Assembly: GCA_038225185.1 (NCBI GenBank)
Contig: JBBRFA010000001.1
Span: forward strand, 20,754 to 84,753
Direction: 5' to 3'
Source: Chthoniobacterales bacterium
GTDB taxonomy: Bacteria; Verrucomicrobiota; Verrucomicrobiia; Chthoniobacterales; DASVRZ01
DNA: 64,000 bases
Shown here: one piece after another, positions 60,768-64,000 of the stretch
Layout of the letters: each line of letters starts with the position of its first letter
Position numbering within the stretch: the first letter of the stretch is position 1
Program-made: the position numbers and the translations under genes
The notes under the pieces: model-generated
The model's input: the letters and a program-made list of their open reading frames with translations, nothing else
The model's database searches: none
What the model was told of the DNA's origin: nothing

Positions 60768-63044
60768 ATGGCCACACGAGCAACCACCAAACCCAGTGCC
60801 CCGACTAAATCCACAGGCAGATCGACGAACGGAAAAAAAACCGATCTCAAAACACGCAAACCTGCCCCGGTGGATGAAGTCGCTCCTGTCGTGCAGCCAC
60901 CCAAACCTGTCGTTCCCATAGTCGCCGAAGATCTAATTAGCCCCAAAAAGAAAAAAATCCTTACCTCCGATAGCATCAAGCCCACGGTGCGCATCGGGGT
61001 CGCTCCGACTCCTGCTCCTGTCGCCGCGACGGAATCCAAGCCCAAGCCTGTCGCTCCCGCTCCCAAGGCCGAAGCTGTTTCACTAATCGATCAAAAGCCG
61101 GCTAAACCTGCTCGATCCGAAGACTCGCGTCGGGCTGCGTTTACCCCCATTTCCAAGATTTTGCCGTCGAGCACCACGCCCGTCCCGGCACCCAAACCCG
61201 TTCCGGCGACAGCCACGACCCAGAGCGTCGCCCCCGAGTCGGAGCCCGAAATGACCGAGACCGGTGAAGTCATCATCCACATCAAGCCGCCGATCATCGT
61301 CAAGGAATTGGCCACGCAATTGAAATTGCGCCCCTTCGAGGTCATTAAAGATCTCATGACGATGGGGATTTTTGCCAACATCAATCAAACCATCGAGCCG
61401 GATACCGCCCAAGCGGTTTGCAAACTTCACGGTGCCATTTTCGAGGTCGAAAAACGCGAAAAAGGCGGCGGCGTCCACAAGGCCGAACCCATCGCTGTGG
61501 TGCCGCCACCTCGTGTGGAAAAAAAAGCCGACGAACTCGTTTCCCGCCCTCCCGTCATCACTTTTATGGGCCACGTCGATCACGGCAAGACCTCTCTCAT
61601 GGACGCCATCCGCCGCACCCGCGTCGCCGCTGGCGAGGCAGGCGGCATTACCCAGCACATCGGCGCCTATTTGGTCGAACGTAACGGACACAAAATCACT
61701 TTCCTCGACACCCCCGGGCACCAGGCTTTCACCGCCATGCGCATTCGTGGAGCCAACCTCACCGACATCGTGGTGCTCGTCGTGGCGGCCGACGATGGCC
61801 TCATGCCCCAGACCCTCGAAGCGATCAGCCATGCGAAGGCGGCCAAGGTAAAAATCGTCGTTGCCATCAATAAAATCGATCTCCCCTCCGCAAATGTGGA
61901 CCGCGTAAAAACCCAACTCCAGGATAAAGGCCTCGCACCCGAAGACTGGGGTGGCGACATCATTTGCGTGCCTGTCTCCGCCACCAAAGGCACTGGCGTC
62001 GATACTCTCATCGATACCATGTTGCTCGAAGCCGAAATGGCTGAACTCCGGGCCGATGAAACTTCGCCCGCGCGTGGCACCGTTATCGAGTCCCAGATCG
62101 AGACCGGACGCGGCCCCACCGCCACCGTTCTCGTCCAGGTCGGCAAACTTAAATTGGGCGATCCTTTCATTTGCGGTAATTTTTATGGCAAGGTAAAAGG
62201 TCTCACCACCGATACCGGTGCCCAAGTCAAAACCGTCGGCCCGTCCACTCCCGTTCGCGTGCTCGGCTTCAGCGGCGTGCCTGCCTCCGGCGACGAATTC
62301 CTCGTCATGGAATCCGAAAAAGCTGCCAAAGCTCTCGGTGAAGAACGTCAGACGGCTGTGCGCCAGACCAAACTCGCCGCCCCGCAACGTGCCACACTCG
62401 AAAATCTCTTCGACGCCATGGCCGACGAACAGCGGAAACAGCTCGATGTCATCCTTAAATGCGATGTCCACGGTTCACTCGAAGCCGTCACCGCTTCGCT
62501 TAACGACATCAAAAGCAAGAAAATCACTTTGCGCATCATTCACAGCGCGGTGGGACCCATCACCGAGTCTGACGTCCTGCTCGGCACCGCATCCGATGCC
62601 GTCATCATCGGTTTTAACATCAAAGTGGAAAACACCGCCGCCAATTCCGCCCGCCGGGAAAATGTGCAGATCAAACTTTTCAGCATCATTTACGAGTTGA
62701 TCGATCAGGTCAAGGAAGCCATGGCTGGCATGCTCGATCTCGAGACCCGGGAAGCCATCGTCGGACATGCCGAGGTCAAAAAGCTGTTCGATCTCACCAA
62801 AGGCGTGGTCGCTGGTTGCGTCGTTACCGATGGCCGGATCGTGCGCAACGGACGTGCCCGGGTGGTTCGCCGCAAACAAGCTGTTTTCGACGGTTCGATG
62901 TCCACTTTGCGCCGTTTCAAAGACGAGGTAAAAGAAGTCCGCAATGGCCTCGAATGCGGCATCAAACTCGGCGGTTACGACGAATACGAAGAAGGCGACA
63001 TCATCGAGTGCTACACCCTCGAAAAATTCGCCCAGCAGCTTTAA
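60768..63044 (+). CDS. infB: Translation initiation factor IF-2
   Basis: 758 aa. Low-complexity Pro/Ala/Lys N-terminus. GTPase motifs GHVDHGKTS, DTPGH, NKID and SA(T)K, followed by the IF-2 C-terminal domains. Confidence 0.95.
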   Translation: MATRATTKPSAPTKSTGRSTNGKKTDLKTRKPAPVDEVAPVVQPPKPVVPIVAEDLISPKKKKILTSDSIKPTVRIGVAPTPAPVAATESKPKPVAPAPKAEAVSLIDQKPAKPARSEDSRRAAFTPISKILPSSTTPVPAPKPVPATATTQSVAPESEPEMTETGEVIIHIKPPIIVKELATQLKLRPFEVIKDLMTMGIFANINQTIEPDTAQAVCKLHGAIFEVEKREKGGGVHKAEPIAVVPPPRVEKKADELVSRPPVITFMGHVDHGKTSLMDAIRRTRVAAGEAGGITQHIGAYLVERNGHKITFLDTPGHQAFTAMRIRGANLTDIVVLVVAADDGLMPQTLEAISHAKAAKVKIVVAINKIDLPSANVDRVKTQLQDKGLAPEDWGGDIICVPVSATKGTGVDTLIDTMLLEAEMAELRADETSPARGTVIESQIETGRGPTATVLVQVGKLKLGDPFICGNFYGKVKGLTTDTGAQVKTVGPSTPVRVLGFSGVPASGDEFLVMESEKAAKALGEERQTAVRQTKLAAPQRATLENLFDAMADEQRKQLDVILKCDVHGSLEAVTASLNDIKSKKITLRIIHSAVGPITESDVLLGTASDAVIIGFNIKVENTAANSARRENVQIKLFSIIYELIDQVKEAMAGMLDLETREAIVGHAEVKKLFDLTKGVVAGCVVTDGRIVRNGRARVVRRKQAVFDGSMSTLRRFKDEVKEVRNGLECGIKLGGYDEYEEGDIIECYTLEKFAQQL

Positions 63045-63118
63045 GTTACTCCCAGGCAGGACTTTATGCAGTGGCCCGAATTGCCACCGCTTCCTTCCGC
63101 CACACATTTGCCAACGCC

Positions 63119-63502
63119 ATGAACCATCGCCTTAAACGCGTTCAGGAACTCATCAAACGAGAACTCAGCGACATCATTCAGCGTCAACTTAAGTTCGACG
63201 GTGTGCTCCTTACCATTAACGATGTCGATCTTACGCCCGATCTTAAGCAAGCTCACGTTTTCATCTCCGCCCTCGGTGGCTCAGCCCAAAGCCTGCACCA
63301 CCAGAGCATCTTGAACAAACTCGAATCCAATCGCAAAATGCTCCAGCAAGAAATGAGCAAACGCGTCATCATCAAATACACGCCGCATCTCCATTTTCGA
63401 TTCGACGACACCACTGAACGCGCCACCCGCGTTTTTACCATTTTGGAAGAGCTGGACATCCCCGAAGATCCGGTGCCATCCGACCAGAATGACGAGGATT
63501 AA
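63119..63502 (+). CDS. rbfA: Ribosome-binding factor A
   Basis: Track ORF 62816..63502 trimmed to ATG 63119. MNHRLKRVQELIKRELSDIIQ...VDLTPDLKQAHVFIS...TPHLHFRFD. Confidence 0.9.
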   Translation: MNHRLKRVQELIKRELSDIIQRQLKFDGVLLTINDVDLTPDLKQAHVFISALGGSAQSLHHQSILNKLESNRKMLQQEMSKRVIIKYTPHLHFRFDDTTERATRVFTILEELDIPEDPVPSDQNDED

Positions 63503-63508
63503 GCCACT

Positions 63509-64000
63509 GTGAACCCCACTTTTTCCGATATCGGAGCCGCTGTCGCCCGGCATAATCGCTTCCTCGTCGTCAGCCACATGCGCCCCGATGGCGACGCCCT
63601 TGGGAGCACGCTCGCCCTCGCTTTGGCCCTGCAAAAACTTGGCAAAACCGTCACCGCCTGGAATGAGGACGGTCTGCTTGAAAAATTCCGCTGGCTCCCC
63701 TGTGGCGAACTCGTTTCCAAGCCGCCCGTTACTCCCCAGGAGTTCGACGTGGTTTTTATCCTTGATAACGCCGTCAAGGAACGCGCCGGCACCCCGCTGG
63801 CCTCCGTCGCCGGCAGCCCGTTTTGGATCAATCTCGATCATCATTTCAGCAACCCAGGTTACGGCGATCTTAATTTCATCGATGCGCAATCGCCTGCCAC
63901 CGGGCAAATTCTTTTCGAGCTGTTCACCTCTCTCGGCTGGGACATATCCCCGGCCATTGCGGAGAATTTGTTTGTCGCCATCTCCAGCGATACCGGCTCT
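63509..64000 (+). CDS. DHH-family phosphoesterase (NrnA-like oligoribonuclease/pAp phosphatase), 5' part; runs off the right edge
   Basis: Absent from the ORF track because it has no stop in the window. My translation from GTG 63509 gives VNPTFSDIGAAVARHNRFLVVSHMRPDGDALGSTLALALAL...FILDNA...INLDHHFSN...AISSDTGS, which contains DHH motifs I-III. Confidence 0.8.
   Translation, partial: MNPTFSDIGAAVARHNRFLVVSHMRPDGDALGSTLALALALQKLGKTVTAWNEDGLLEKFRWLPCGELVSKPPVTPQEFDVVFILDNAVKERAGTPLASVAGSPFWINLDHHFSNPGYGDLNFIDAQSPATGQILFELFTSLGWDISPAIAENLFVAISSDTGS

Noticed and set aside
61083-62471. 462-aa ORF on the minus strand
   Set aside because: Antisense shadow of infB, which has full GTPase motifs on the plus strand. 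No motifs of its own.

Overview
This 64-kb window looks like ordinary bacterial chromosome. Coding density is high, G+C is roughly 60% by eye (not computed), and I can support about 60 protein genes plus one tRNA-Phe. I see no rRNA, CRISPR array, integrase or transposase. The gene content suggests a PVC-group or Verrucomicrobiota-like Gram-negative, but that is an unverified inference. It rests on a PEP-CTERM protein, exosortase-style EPS export genes, lipoproteins with Pro/Thr linkers, and short dispersed repeats.

Layout from left to right:
- 1-4.6 kb: EPS export genes (Wzz-like, Wza-like, beta-barrel), a FecR-domain protein and rfbA.
- 4.6-15 kb: housekeeping and miscellaneous genes. These include NfeD, an SDR, a GH75-like lipoprotein, mgtE, an M24 peptidase, a degenerate RF-1-domain protein, and a translationally coupled GNAT-deacetylase-aldehyde dehydrogenase trio.
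- 15.0 kb: tRNA-Phe.
- 15.2-23.6 kb, minus strand: a peptide-scavenging locus (secreted M3 peptidase, OppA, OppBCDF).
- 25-28.4 kb: a divergent pair of a GT-C-like membrane protein and a UDP-galactopyranose-mutase-like flavoenzyme.
- 29.9-32.4 kb: a low-GC two-gene cassette, an ABC/SMC-like ATPase plus a small Toprim-like partner. This is my best candidate for an uncharacterised, defence-type system.
- 34.4-40.6 kb, minus strand: a six-gene copper operon (three small secreted proteins, a TolC-like OMP, a multicopper oxidase and CopA) with no RND or MFP partner.
- 40.7-64 kb: core genes pheA, scpB, bcp, trpA, deaD, ndh, speA, purC, a pilT-like gene, fpg, tadA, rpe and nusA-infB-rbfA-DHH phosphoesterase.

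Many long ORFs in the supplied track are antisense or out-of-frame shadows of these genes, and I rejected them. All functional calls come from motif recognition by eye. No database search was run.
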